A stretch of DNA of 46,285 nt from Callorhinchus milii (Eukaryota), in assembly GCF_018977255.1 (NCBI RefSeq), contig NW_024705420.1, positions 1-46,285 on the forward strand, read 5' to 3'. This document shows positions 11,015-23,098 of the stretch, one piece after another. Positions within the stretch are counted from its first letter, which is position 1. The number at the start of each line of letters is the position of its first letter. Below the pieces are notes generated by a model. It saw nothing but the letters and a program-made list of their open reading frames with translations. It was not told where the DNA came from and searched no databases. Made by a program: the position numbers and the translations under genes.

Positions 11015-11077
11015 TGAGTAGTGGAGGCAACGCCGGGCTAATCTTTGGAGATGGAACCAGACTGAATGTTTTACCCA
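11015..11077 (+). CDS. TRAJ: J28 [20 protein letters not shown]
   Basis: 12-RSS, FGxG, GTAAGT. Confidence 0.92.
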
Positions 11078-11498
11078 GTAAGTGATCTCTCTCTCTCTCT
11101 ATGTCTTTCTCTCACTGTCTCTCTTCCTATCTCTGTGTGTGTGTGTGTGTGTGTATATATATAATAATCCTTGCATTTGACAGTGCCTCATCACGTCTTC
11201 GAGACGTCTCAAAGCACTTCACAGGACACACTGTGAAGCGCTTTGAGACGTCTGGAAGATGCGAAAAGCGCTATATCAAATGCAAGGATTGTTATTATTA
11301 TTGACGTGCAGTGGCGGTATGTTTTGTGGGCTTTTGTTGAGCGCTCTGGGACCCGAGCCTGCGTGAGGGGCGCTATATAAATCGGCAGCAAGTTGTTTTT
11401 GTTGTTTCTGTCTGTCTCTTTCGATCTGTGTGGGCGCGTGTTTCTCTGTGTCTCTGCGTGCGTGTGTGAGGGTTATTGCTGGGGGGTGTGAGGCTGTG

Positions 11499-11561
11499 TG
11501 AATGCTGGAAACACCTACAAGCTGGTGTTTGGAGATGGAACCAGACTGAATGTTTTACCCA
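11499..11561 (+). CDS. TRAJ: J29 [20 protein letters not shown]
   Basis: 12-RSS with nonamer GGTTATTGC, FGxG, GTAAGT. Confidence 0.9.
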
Positions 11562-11878
11562 GTAAGTCGTCATCTGTGACAGAGAGAGAGAGCGAGAGAG
11601 AGAGAGCGGTTTGATTTTTGAGTTAGTCAGCTAGTGAGTTAATCAATAATAATAATAATAATAATCCTTGCATTTGACCCGGCGCTTTATCACATCTTCG
11701 AGACCTCTCAAACGCTTCACAGGATACACTTGTAAAGTGTAGTGACTTTTTTTTGGGTGTCTCTCTCTTTCTCTCAGTCTGTCTCTTTCTCTCTCTCTCT
11801 CTATGTGTGTGTGTGTGACTCTGAGTTGAGCAGTAAGATGGGGCTGTGAGGGTTATTGTTGGGGTGTGTGAGGCTGTG

Positions 11879-11941
11879 GGAACAGTGGAGGCGCTAACAA
11901 AATGGTGTTTGGAGATGGAACCAGACGGAATGTTTTACCCA
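11879..11941 (+). CDS. TRAJ: J30 NSGGANKMVFGDGTRRNVLP (L to R in FR4)
   Basis: 12-RSS, FGxG, GTAAGT. Confidence 0.85.
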
Positions 11942-12292
11942 GTAAGTCTCTGTCTGTCTGTCTGTCTGTCTGTCTGTGTGTGTGTGTCACTCTTGTCTGT
12001 GTGTGTGTGCGTGTGTGTGTCTCTCTCCGTGTTAATAATAATAATAATACCTGCATTTGACACAGCGCCTTACCGAGACATCTCAAAGCACGTCACAGGG
12101 TACACCGTAAAGTGCGGTGACTGTGTGTTTTGCGGGTGTCTCTCCCAATGTCTCCAGCTATTTCTCGGCGTGTCTGTCGCTCTCTCTCTGTCTCTCTCGG
12201 AGAGAGACAATAAAAGAGGGAGGGAAAGAAGGATGGAGAGAGAGAGAGAGAGGATTGAGTAGGGGGTTATTGTTGGGGTGCGTGAGGCTGTG

Positions 12293-12352
12293 TGAACGAT
12301 GGAACTGAAAAGCTAACCTTTGGAGATGGAACCAGACTGAATGTGTTACCCA
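12293..12352 (+). CDS. TRAJ: J31 [19 protein letters not shown]
   Basis: 12-RSS, FGxG, GTAAGT. Confidence 0.92.
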
Positions 12353-12699
12353 GTAAGTGATCGTCCGTGTGAGTTACTCGGTCGGTCGGTTATGGGCCAA
12401 ACTGCGTAGAAGCCGCTTTTAATAATTAATAATAAAATAATCGTGTATTTCCATAGCACATGTAAATCTCCTTGTCTCTGTCTCTCCGTGTGTGTGCGTG
12501 CGTGTGTGTGTTTCTCTCTCTCTTTCTGTCTCTCCGTCTTAAGCGCTCTGGAACGCTGCCCTGCACGAGGGGAGCTATACAAATGCAAGTTGTTTTTGTT
12601 GTCTCTGTGTGTGTGTGTGTGTGTGTGTGTGACTTTCGCTCGCTCTCTCTCCCCTAAACTGATAAAGACAGAACAAATTGTGTCTGCGTGTGTCTCTGA

Positions 12700-13260
12700 G
12701 TGACTGTGTGTGAGAGAGTATGTGTGCGTGTGAGAGAGAGAGTAGAGTGTGTGACAGTGAGTGTGTGTGTGGCAGTGAGTGTGTGTGTGTGACAGTGAGT
12801 GTGTGTGTGTGAGAGTATGTGTGTGTGTGTGAAGAGAGAGTATGTGTGTGTGAGAGTATGTGTGAGAGTGTGTGTGTGTGTGTGTGTGACAGTGAGTGTG
12901 TGTGTGTGAGAGAGAGTGAGAGTATGTGTGTGTGTGAGTGTGTGTGTGTATGTGTGAGTGTGTGTGTGTGAATGTGTGTGTGTGACAGTGAGTGTGTGTG
13001 TGTGAGAGTATGTGTGAGAGTGTGTGAGAGAGTGTGAGAGTGTGTGTGTGAGAGTGTGTGTGTGTGTGAGTGTGTGTGACAGTGAGTGTGTGTGTGTGAG
13101 AGAGTATGTGTGAGAGTGCGTGAGAGAGTGTGAGAGTGTGTGTGTGAGAGAGTGTGTGTGTGAGAGTGTGTGTGTGTGACAGTGAGTGCGTGTGTGAGAG
13201 AGTGTGAGAGAGTATGTGTGAGAGTGAGTGAGTGTGTGTGTGTGTGTGTGTGTGTGTCTC
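12700..13260. repeat. (TG)/(AG) compound microsatellite
   Basis: Seen directly. Confidence 0.9.
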
Positions 13261-13350
13261 TCAGTCCCTCTCTCCCTATGTGTCTGCGTGTGGCTGTGGT
13301 GAGCAGTAACTGGAGCGGAGAGGGTTATTGTTGGGGTGTGTGAGGCTGTG

Positions 13351-13404
13351 TGAATACCAACAACATGGTGTTTGGAAGTGGAACCAGACTGAATGTTTTA
13401 CCCA
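13351..13404 (+). CDS. TRAJ: J32 [17 protein letters not shown]
   Basis: 12-RSS, FGxG, GTAAGT. Confidence 0.92.
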
Positions 13405-14019
13405 GTAAGTCTCTCTCCCTCTCAGTCGCTCACTCTCCCTGTGTTTCTCTCTGTGTTAAACGCTCGGAGACGCTACCTTACGTGATGGGCTCCATATAAA
13501 TGCAAGTTGTCGTTGTCTCTCTCCCTGTCTCTCTCTCTATCTCTCAGTCTACGCGTGTCTCTCTCTCGCTCTCTCTCCATCGCTCTCAATCTCTGTTTCG
13601 CTCTCAGTCTCTGTGTGTGTGTGTGTGTGTGAGTGTGTGTGTCTCTCTCTGTGTCTCTCAGTAAGTGATCTCTGACACAGAGAGTGGGGAGAGAGAAAAG
13701 GGAAAGAGAGAGAGAGAGACTCGCGTTGTCGAGACGTCTCAAAGCGCTTCACAGGATACACTGTAAAGTGCAGTGACTGTGTTTTTGTTATCTCCGACGC
13801 TGAGAGAGATGAGGGGGGGGGGGGGAGGGGGGGGAGAGGGGATGAAAAGGAAAGAGGGAGAGGAAATTGAGAGCGAGTAGAGAGAAGAGAGAGGGAAGAG
13901 AATGAGACAAAGTGGGAAGGAGAGAGAGAGAGAGAGGGAAAGGGAAAAAGAAGGATAGAGCGAGGGGGAGAGAGAGAGAGAGTTGAGTTGGGGTTATCGT
14001 TGGGGGGTGTGAGGCTGTG

Positions 14020-14079
14020 TGAATGATGGAAGCTACAAGCTGGTGTTTGGAAATGGAACCCAACTGAATGTTTTACCCA
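14020..14079 (+). CDS. TRAJ: J33 NDGSYKLVFGNGTQLNVLP
   Basis: 12-RSS GGTTATCGT, FGxG, GTGAGT. Confidence 0.9.
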
Positions 14080-14425
14080 GTGAGTCAGTCTCTCTCTCTT
14101 TATATATATATATATTATACACACACATATATATGTATATATATATATATATATATAATAATCCTCGCATTTGACCCGGCGCCTGATCACGTCTTCGAGG
14201 CGTCTCAAAGCGCTTTGCAGGACAATGAGGTGACTGTGTCTTTTGTGGATGTCTCTTTCTTTCTCAAGCGCTCTGTCTGCCTCTCTCTCTCTCTCTGTCT
14301 GTCTGTCTGTCTGTCTCTTTCTGTCTGTCTCTTTCTGTCTGTCTGTCTCTTAGACAGGGTGAGGAGCTTGAAATCGATCGGCTGGGAATGTGGGCTGCTT
14401 TGCGGGCTTTTGTCACCCGTGTGAG

Positions 14426-14457
<32 letters not shown>

Positions 14458-14888
14458 TGGTTGAGATAGTGAGTGAGTTAGTTAATGAGCTTGTTTTTTT
14501 TATTTGGTTAGTTGGTTGGCTATTTAGTCGGTTTGTGCTCAACTACACAGGCGCAACTTTTAATTATTAATAATAAAAACAGTCGGGCATTTCATATCAC
14601 GTGTAAATCTCCATATGTCTGTCTGTCTGTCTGTCCCTCTGTCTGTCTGTCTGTCTGTCTTTCTTTCTGTGTGTGTGTGTGTGTCTGTCACTCTCTGTGT
14701 GTGTGTGTGTGTCTCTCTCTGTGTCTCTTTCTCCCCTGAACCGACAGACAGAACAAATTGTGTGTGTGAGTGTGTGTGTGCGTCTACGTGTGGGTTTGCG
14801 AGAGTGTGTCTGTGTCTGTGTGTGTCTCTGTCTGTGTCGCTGAGTTGAGCAGTGAGCTGGGGTTATTGTTGGGGTGTGTGAGGCTGTG

Positions 14889-14948
14889 TGTCCAGTGGGA
14901 ACACCCGGCTTATCTTTGGAGATGAAACCAGACTGAATGTGTTACCCA
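14889..14948 (+). CDS. TRAJ: J34 SSGNTRLIFGDETRLNVLP (FGxE; open frame, non-canonical motif)
   Basis: 12-RSS and donor intact; second Gly replaced by Glu. Confidence 0.8.
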
Positions 14949-15159
14949 GTAAGTTGTGAGCGAGTGAGTGAGTGAGTTAGTTAATGGGTGAGTGAGTTGG
15001 TTAGTTTGTTACTTGGTTGGTGATGTATAATCATAATGATAATCTCTGCATTTGACCCAACGCCTTATCGCGTCTTTGAGACGTCTCAAAGCGCTTCACA
15101 GGATACACTGTAAAGTATAGTGACTGTCTTTTGTGGATGTCTCTTTCTTTCTCAATCGC

Positions 15160-15198
<39 letters not shown>

Positions 15199-15327
15199 GA
15201 CAGGGCGAGGAGCTCGAAATCGATCGACTGGGAAAGAGAGAGACACCCAGAGAGAGAGAGAGAGACTGAGAGACAGAGACTGAGATAGATTGGTGATGGG
15301 GTTATTGTTAGGGTGTGTGAGGCTGTG

Positions 15328-15387
15328 TGACTACTGGAGCTAACAAGCTGATCTTTGGAGATGGAACCAGACTGAATGTTTCACCCA
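15328..15387 (+). CDS. TRAJ: J35 [19 protein letters not shown]
   Basis: 12-RSS, FGxG, GTAAGT. Confidence 0.92.
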
Positions 15388-15784
15388 GTAAGTCTCTCTC
15401 TCTCTCTCTATATATATATACATATACACACAACATATATATATATACACAATATATATGTCTGTCTCTCTCTGTGTCACAGTGTGTGTATGTGTCTGTC
15501 TCTTTCTGTCTTCGTCTCTCTCTCTCAGTCTCCTCCTATCTCTCAATCTCACATACAGTCACTACACTTCACAGTGTGTCCTGTGAAGCGCTTTGTGACT
15601 TCTCGGAGACGCGATAAGGCGCTGTGTCAAATACAACGTCTATTAAGCGCTCTGGGACGCTAACCTGGGTGAGGGGCGCCATGTAAATGCAAGTTGTTAT
15701 TGCCTCTGTGTGTCTCTCAGCCTCTATCTCCGTCTGTGTCTCTCTGTCCCCCGAACTAACGAGACAGAGCAAATTGTATCTGTG

Positions 15785-16224
15785 ACTGTGTGAGTGTGTC
15801 GGTCTGTGTGTGAGTGTGTGTGTGTCTGTTTTGTGAATGTGTGTGAGTGAGTGTCTGTCTGTGGGTGAGTGAGTGTGTGTGTCTGTGTGTGAGTGAGTGT
15901 GTGTGTGTCTGTGTGTGTGTGTGAGTGAGTGAGTGTGTGTCTGTCTGTGTGTGTGAGTGTGTGTCTGTCTGTGTGTGAGTGAGTGACTGTCTGTGTGTGA
16001 GTGAGTGAGTGAGTGAGTGTCTGTCTGTGTGTGAGTGAGTGAGTGTCTGTCTGTGTGTGAGTGAGTGAGTGTCTGTCTGTGTGTGAGTGAGTGAGTGCGT
16101 GTGTGTCTGTGTGTGAGTGAGTGTGTCTGTGTGTGAGTGAGTGAGTGTCTGTGTGTGAGTGAGTGAGTGCGTGTGTGTCTGTGTGTGAGTGAGTGTGTGC
16201 GTGTGTGAGTGTGTGTCTGTGTGT
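15785..16224. repeat. (GAGT)n/(TG)n compound microsatellite
   Basis: Seen directly. Confidence 0.9.
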
Positions 16225-16263
16225 AAACTGGGGTAGGTTATTGTTGGGGTGTGTGAGGCTGTG

Positions 16264-16326
16264 TGTCTGGTGGAGTTGGGGGCAAAATGGTGTTTGGAGA
16301 TGGAACCAGACTGAATGTTTTACCCG
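16264..16326 (+). CDS. TRAJ: J36 [20 protein letters not shown]
   Basis: 12-RSS, FGxG, GTAAAT. Confidence 0.9.
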
Positions 16327-16595
16327 GTAAATATTAATGTCTGTCTCTCTCTCTCTCTCTAGAGATCTGTGTGTGTGTGTGTGTCTCTGTCTCTCTCTAT
16401 CAGTCTGTGTGCGTATGTCTCTCTCAGTCTCTGTTTCTCTCTCTGTGTCTCTCTCAGTCTCTGTGTATCTCTCAGTCTCCCTGTGTTTGTGTGTGTGTGT
16501 GTCTCTCTCCCTCAGTCTCTCTGTGTGTCTGTGTCTCTCTGGGTTGAGCAGTAGCTGTTGCTGTGGGGGTTATTGTTGGGGGGTGTGAGGCTGTG

Positions 16596-16652
16596 TGAAT
16601 AGTGGGAACGCGTTGGTGTTCGGAGATGGAACCAGACTGAATGTTTTACCCG
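16596..16652 (+). CDS. TRAJ: J37 [18 protein letters not shown]
   Basis: 12-RSS, FGxG, GTAAGT. Confidence 0.92.
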
Positions 16653-16773
16653 GTAAGTTCTGAGTGGGTGAGTTAATGGGTCGGTGAGTTGGTTAGTTTG
16701 TTATTTGGTTGTATATTGTGTGTGTGTATATATATATATATATGTTTATATATGTATATATATATATATATAG

Positions 16774-17156
16774 TAAGCCAGTCCTGGCCAGACTGCACTG
16801 GCTGAGTATCCCAGAGAAGATCGATTTCAAGATCCTCGCCCTTGTATTCAAGTCCCTGCACTCCTCTGCACTCTCCGACCTCCTCGCTCCTCAAAACAGT
16901 ACCCGTGGCCTTCGTTCCTCCGGGTCCCCCACGTCCTCCGCTCCACCCTCGGCGGCCGTGCCTTCAGCCACTACGCCCCGAGGCTCTGGAACTGCCTTCC
17001 TCACTCCCTTCGTCTCGCCCCCTCCCTTCCTATTTTCAGGTCTCTGCTGAAGACTTTTCGACTGTGCCTTTGGTCGCCTTCCCCTCTCCCCCCCCCGGCT
17101 CGGCCCCAGGATCCGTTACTGTGGAGGGCGCAATATAAATCCCAAGTTGTTGTTGG
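16774..17156 (+). mobile_element. 5'-truncated L2-clade LINE fragment
   Basis: PVLARLHWLSIPEKIDFKILALVFKSLH motif of the L2 ORF2 C-terminus; tail GCGCAATATAAAT..GTTGTTGTT. Confidence 0.85.
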
Positions 17157-17805
17157 TTATAATAATCTTTGCATTTGACCCGGCGCCCGATCACGTCGTC
17201 GAGACGTCTCAAAGCGCTTCACGGGACACTCTGTGAAGTGCAGTGACTGTGTGTTTTGTGGGTGAAACACGGCTGCCAATCGCGCCCAGTGACGTCCCCG
17301 TGAGCAGTCGTGGGTTGAGCGGTCTGTTTATTTGTTTGTTTGTTGGTTATCCGGTCGGTTTGTGCTCAACGACACAGAAGCAACTTTTTAATTATTAATA
17401 ATAAAAATAATCGTGCGTTTCACATCGCATATAAGTCGCCATATCTCTCTCTCTTTCTCTCTCTCTCTGTTTGTGTGTCACTCTGTGTCTCTCAATCTCT
17501 GTGTCTCCCTCTCAGTCATTTTTCTCTCCCAATCTCATCCACGGTCACTACACTTCACACCGTGTCCCGTGAAGCGCTTTGAGACGTCTCGAAGACACGA
17601 TAAGGCGCCGGGTCAAATGCCAGGATTATTGTTACACAGCTTGACTCTCAGTCTGTCTCTCTCTGTCTCTCTGTCTCTCTCTCTCTCTCTCTCTCAGTCT
17701 GTCTCTCTCTCTCAGTCTGTGTGTCTCTCTCTGTGTGTCTGTGTGTGGCTGAGTTGAGCAGTAGTTGGGGCTGTGAGGGTTATTGTTGGGGGGTGTGAGG
17801 CTGTG

Positions 17806-17868
17806 TGAATAGTGGAGGCAACTACAAGCTAATCTTTGGAGATGGAACCAGACTGAATGTTTTACCCA
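17806..17868 (+). CDS. TRAJ: J38 [20 protein letters not shown]
   Basis: 12-RSS, FGxG, GTAAGT. Confidence 0.92.
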
Positions 17869-18145
17869 GTAAGTCTTTCTGTCTCTCTCTATCTCTATCT
17901 GTCTGTGTCTCGTATGTATGTGTGTATGTATATGTATATATATATATCTACGCGTGTGTATATACATATAAATAACAATAATCATCCTTGTATTTGACTC
18001 GGCGCCTTATCACATCTTCGAGACGTCTCAAAGCGCTTCACGGGACACGCTGTAAAGTGAATTGACTGTGGATGACATTGGGAGAGAATGACTGAGAGGG
18101 AGACACAGAGATTGAGAGACACAGAGTGACACACAAACAGAGAGA

Positions 18146-18532
18146 GTCTCTCACAGTCTCTCTCTCTGTCTCTCAAAGTCACTCTCTGTGTCTCACAGTC
18201 TCTCTCTCTGTCTCTCAAAGTCACTCTCTGTGTCTCTCACAGTCTCTCTCTGTCTCTCAAAGTCACTCTCTGTGTTTCTCTCTCTTTCTGTCTCTCAAAG
18301 TCACTCTCTGTGTCTCTCTCTCTCTGTCTCTCAAAGTCACTCTCTGTGTCTCACAATCTCTTTCTCTCTGTGTCTCAAAGTCACTCTCTGTGTCTCACAG
18401 TCTCTCTCTGTCTCTCAAAGTCTCTCTCTGTGTCTCTCTCTCTCTCTGTCTCTCAAAGTCACTCTCTGTGTCTCTCACAGTCTCTCACAGTCTCTCTCTC
18501 TCTGTCTCAAAGTCACTCTCTGTGTCTCTCAG

Positions 18533-18535
<3 letters not shown>
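18146..18535. repeat. Minisatellite with CTCAAAGTCACTCTCTGTG core
   Basis: Seen directly. Confidence 0.88.
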
Positions 18536-18564
<29 letters not shown>

Positions 18565-18628
18565 TGTGTGGCTGAGTTGAGCAGTAGTTGGGGCTGTGAG
18601 GGTTATTGTTGGGGGGTGTGAGGCTGTG

Positions 18629-18691
18629 TGACTACTGGAGCCAACTACAAGCTAATCTTTGGCGATGGAACCAGACTGAATGTTGTACCCA
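18629..18691 (+). CDS. TRAJ: J39 [20 protein letters not shown]
   Basis: 12-RSS, FGxG, GTAAGT. Confidence 0.92.
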
Positions 18692-19193
18692 GTAAGTTCT
18701 GAGTGAGTGAGCAAGTGATTTAGTTAATGGATTAATTGGTTATGTGTGTGTGTATATGTACAAATAAAAATAATTGTGCCTTTCATATCATATAATTCTC
18801 CATTTTCCCTCTCTCTGTCTCTCAGTCACTGTGTGTGTCTGTCTCTGTCTCTCTGTGTGTCTGCCTCTGTCTCTCAGTGTGTGTGTGTGTGTGTGTGTCC
18901 GTCTTTCCGTGTGTCTGCCTGTGTCTCTGTCTCTGTCTGCGTGTGTGTGTGTCTGTGTGTCTGTCCATGTGTGTGTCTGTCTCTCTCAGTCTGTGTGTGT
19001 GTGTCTTGTCTTTCTGTGTGTCTGCCTGTGTCTCTGTCTCTGTGTGTGTGTGTGTGTCTGTCTGTCTGTCCATGTGTCTCTCTCTGTCTCTCTCAGTCTG
19101 TCTGTGTGTGACTCTGTCTGTGTGTGTGTATGTGTGTGTGTGAGAATATGAGCTGGGGCTGTGAGGGTTATTGTTGGGGGGTGTGAGGCTGTG

Positions 19194-19256
19194 TGAACAC
19201 TGGAATTGCGGGCAAACTAGTGTTTGGAGGTGGAACCAGACTGAATGTTTTACCTG
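19194..19256 (+). CDS. TRAJ: J40 [20 protein letters not shown]
   Basis: 12-RSS, FGxG, GTAAGA. Confidence 0.92.
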
Positions 19257-19432
19257 GTAAGACTCTCACTGTCTCTATCTCTCGCAATCGCTCTGTCTCT
19301 ATCTCTCGCAATCTCTCTGTCTCTATCTCTCGGTCTCGCCCGGGCTGCATTTCGCCCACAAAACACACAAGTCACCGAGTTGAGCACTAAGCCGGGGCTG
19401 TGAGGGTTATTGATGGGGGTTGTGAGGCTGGG

Positions 19433-19489
19433 TGTATGATGGCAACCAGCTAATCTTTGGAGATGGAACCAGACTGAATGTTTTACCCA
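19433..19489 (+). pseudogene. TRAJ: J41 [21 protein letters not shown] defective
   Basis: Heptamer GGCTGGG has lost the essential CAC (read on the opposite strand); nonamer GGTTATTGA. Confidence 0.75.
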
Positions 19490-19719
19490 GTAAGTTTTGC
19501 AGCGAGCGAGTGAATTAGTTAATGGGTTAGTGAATTGGTTAGTTTGTGATTTGGTTTGGTGTGTGTGTGTGTGTGCATATATATATAATAATACTGGGAT
19601 TTGATACACCGTCTTATCACGTCTTCGAGACGTCTCAAAGCGCTTCACGGGACACACTGCAACGTGTAGTGACTGTGTGTTTAGCGAGGGAGGTTTATGT
19701 TGGGGGGTGCGAGGCTGTG

Positions 19720-19782
19720 TGAACAGTGGAGGCACTGGCAAACTAGTGTTTGGAGATGGAACCAAACTGAATGTTTTACCCA
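19720..19782 (+). CDS. TRAJ: J42 [20 protein letters not shown]
   Basis: 12-RSS GGTTTATGT, FGxG, GTAAGT. Confidence 0.92.
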
Positions 19783-19799
19783 GTAAGTGTTAATTAATG

Positions 19800-20341
19800 T
19801 CTGTGTGTCTGTCACTTTCTCTCTATCTGTGTGTGCGTGACTTTCTCTGTCTGTCTGTCTGTCTGTCTGTGTGTGTGTGTGTGTGTGTGTCTCTCTGACT
19901 GTCTGTCTGTGTGTATGTTTTTCTGTCTGTCTGTGTGTGTGTCTGTCTGTGTGTGTGTCTGTCTGTGTGTGTGTCTTTCTCTGTCTGTGTGTATGTCTCT
20001 TTGTCTGTCTGTCTGTCTGTCTGCGTGTGTGTCTCTCTCTGACTGTCTGTCTGTGTGTGTCTTTCTCTGTCTGCGTGTATGTCTGTCTGTCTGTGTGTGT
20101 GTGTCTCTCTGACTGTCTGTCTGTGTGTATGTCTTTCTGTCTGTCTGTGTGTATGTCTCTTTGTCTGTCTGTCTGCGTGTGTGTCTCTCTCTGACTGTCT
20201 GTCTGTGTGTGTCTTTCTCTGTCTGCATGTATGTCTGTCTGTGTGTGTGTCTGTCTGTGTGTGTGTCTTTCTCTGTCTGTGTGTATGTCTGTCTGTCTGT
20301 GTGTGTGTCTCTCTCTGACTGTCTGTCTGTGTGTATGTCTC

Positions 20342-20373
<32 letters not shown>

Positions 20374-20475
20374 CGTGTGTGTCTCTCTCTGACTGTCTGT
20401 CTGTGTGTGTCTTCCTCTGTCTGCGTGTATGTCTGTCTGTGTGTATGTATGTCTCTCTGTCTCTGCGTGTGTGTG
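19800..20475. repeat. (TCTG)/(TG) compound satellite
   Basis: Seen directly. Confidence 0.88.
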
Positions 20476-20518
20476 AGCTGGGGCTGTGAGGGTTATTGTT
20501 GGGATGTGTGAGGCTGTG

Positions 20519-20581
20519 TGTCTGGTGGGAACACTGGCAAGCTGGTGTTTGGAGATGGAACCAGACTGAATGTTATACCCA
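20519..20581 (+). CDS. TRAJ: J43 [20 protein letters not shown]
   Basis: 12-RSS, FGxG, GTAAGT. Confidence 0.92.
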
Positions 20582-20833
20582 GTAAGTAATCGTCTGTGCG
20601 AGTTAGTGAGTGAGTGAGTGAGTGAGTTAATGGGTTGGTTGGTTATTTTGTTAGCTATTATTATTAATAATAAAAATAATTGTGCATTTCACATTATGTA
20701 CAAATCTCTCTCTCTCTCTATCTATCTCTCTATCTCTGTGTAAAGCGATCTGGGACACTGAGGGGTACTGTGTAAATATAAGTTGTCTCTCTCTCTGTGG
20801 CTCTAAGTCTTGCTCACTGTCACTCTGTAACCA

Positions 20834-21157
20834 GAGAATCTATAACCGGGGGTCACAGTCTGAAAATTAAGGGTCAGCCTTTTAGAACAGAGTTGAGGGA
20901 AACATTGCGTCACTCACAGGGCAGTGGATGTATGGGATTCACTCCCCCGGAAGGCTGTCGAAGCTCAGTCAGTCCTCGAACATCTTCAAGGCTGAGACTG
21001 AGAGATGCTTAAAAAAAATAGAGCGATTGGGGGATACGGGGAGAGGGCGGGTAATTAGAGTTAGGTCAGAAGATCAGCCGTGACCTTATCGAATGGCGGG
21101 GCACAGGCTCGAGGGTCCGAATGGCCGACTCCCGCTCCTAATTCTTATGTTCTTATG
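20834..21157 (+). mobile_element. CR1-clade LINE 3' end
   Basis: TGGHSLKIKGQPFRTELR resembles the CR1 ORF2 C-terminus; tail ATGGCCGACTCCCGCTCCTAATTCTTATGTTCTTATG. Confidence 0.85.
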
Positions 21158-21268
21158 TTTTCACACTCTCTCTCTCTGTCTCTCTTTTTCTCCCCCGAAC
21201 TGATCAATGTGTGTGGTGTGTGTGTAACTATGGCTGTGGGGGTTATTGTTGGGGGGTGTGAGGCTGTG

Positions 21269-21328
21269 TGAATACTGGGAACTACAAGCTGGTGTTTGGA
21301 GACGGAACCAGACTGAATGTTTTACCCA
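21269..21328 (+). CDS. TRAJ: J44 [19 protein letters not shown]
   Basis: 12-RSS, FGxG, GTAAGT. Confidence 0.92.
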
Positions 21329-21779
21329 GTAAGTGATCACCTGCGTGTGCGTGTGAGTGTGTGTGTGTGAGTGTGTGTGTGTGTCTCCCTCTGTCTGTTT
21401 CTGTCACTCTCTTTCTCTCTGTCTCACTCTCTCTGTGTGTGTCTGTGTCTCTCTGGTCACTATCTCTCCAGCTCTACCTCTCTCTGTGTCTCTTCTCTTA
21501 CGATAGACAATCCTCGCATCTGACACGAGCAGCTTATCACAGCTTCGAGACGCCCCAAAGCCCTTCACGCTGTAAAATGTAGTGACTGTGCGTGAGACGT
21601 GGCAGCCGATTGCGCCCAGCGACGTCCCACAGGCAGTTGTTTGAGTGACCACGTTATTATTATTTTGGTTAGTTATCCAGTTAGTTCGTTCGCAACGACA
21701 CAGAAGCAACTTTCAATTAATAATAATAAAAATAATCGTGTGTTTCATATCACATGTAAATCTCCATGTCTCTCTTTCT

Positions 21780-22400
<621 letters not shown>

Positions 22401-22456
22401 TGGGTTGAGCAGTAGCTGGTGCTGTGGGGGTTATTGTTGGGGGGTGTGAGGCTGTG

Positions 22457-22513
22457 TGAATACTGGGAGCAAGTTGGTGTTTGGAGATGGAACCAGACTG
22501 AATGTTTTACCCA
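22457..22513 (+). CDS. TRAJ: J45 [18 protein letters not shown]
   Basis: 12-RSS, FGxG, GTAAGT. Confidence 0.92.
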
Positions 22514-22724
22514 GTAAGTCTCTCTCTGTATCTTTCTCTCTCTCCGTGTGTCTCACTGTGTGTGTGTCTCTCTCTCTCCCCCTCTGTGTGTGTGTGTGTG
22601 TCTCTCTGTGTGTGTATGTGTGTCTCTCTCTCTCTCTCTCTGTCTCTCTTTCTGTGTCTGTGTCTCTCTGAGTTGAGCAGTAGCTGGGGCTGTGAGGGTT
22701 ATTGTCGGGGTGCGTGAGGCTGTG

Positions 22725-22781
22725 TGAATAGTGGGAAGAAGATGGTGTTTGGAGATGGAACCAGACTGAATGTTTTACCCA
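22725..22781 (+). CDS. TRAJ: J46 [18 protein letters not shown]
   Basis: 12-RSS, FGxG, GTAAGT. Confidence 0.92.
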
Positions 22782-23032
22782 GTAAGTGACGTCCGACACT
22801 GAGGGGGAGAGAAGGAGACAGTGAGAGTGAGAGAGAGAGAGAGAGAGAGAGCAAAAAAGAGAGAGAAATGGGGGGGAAGAGAGAAGATTATTAATAATAA
22901 TAATAATTGCATTTGTTACAGCGCCTTAATCGCGTCTTCGAGACGTCTCAAAGCGCTTCCCAGGACTCGCTGTGAGGTGTAGTGACTGTGCGTTTGGTGG
23001 GGCAGGTTATTGTTGGGGTGTGTGAGGCTGTG

Positions 23033-23098
23033 TGAATAGTGGAGGCGCTGGCTACAAGCTGGTGTTTGGAGATGGAACCAGACTGAATGTTATACCCA
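23033..23098 (+). CDS. TRAJ: J47 [21 protein letters not shown]
   Basis: 12-RSS, FGxG, GTAAGT. Confidence 0.92.
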
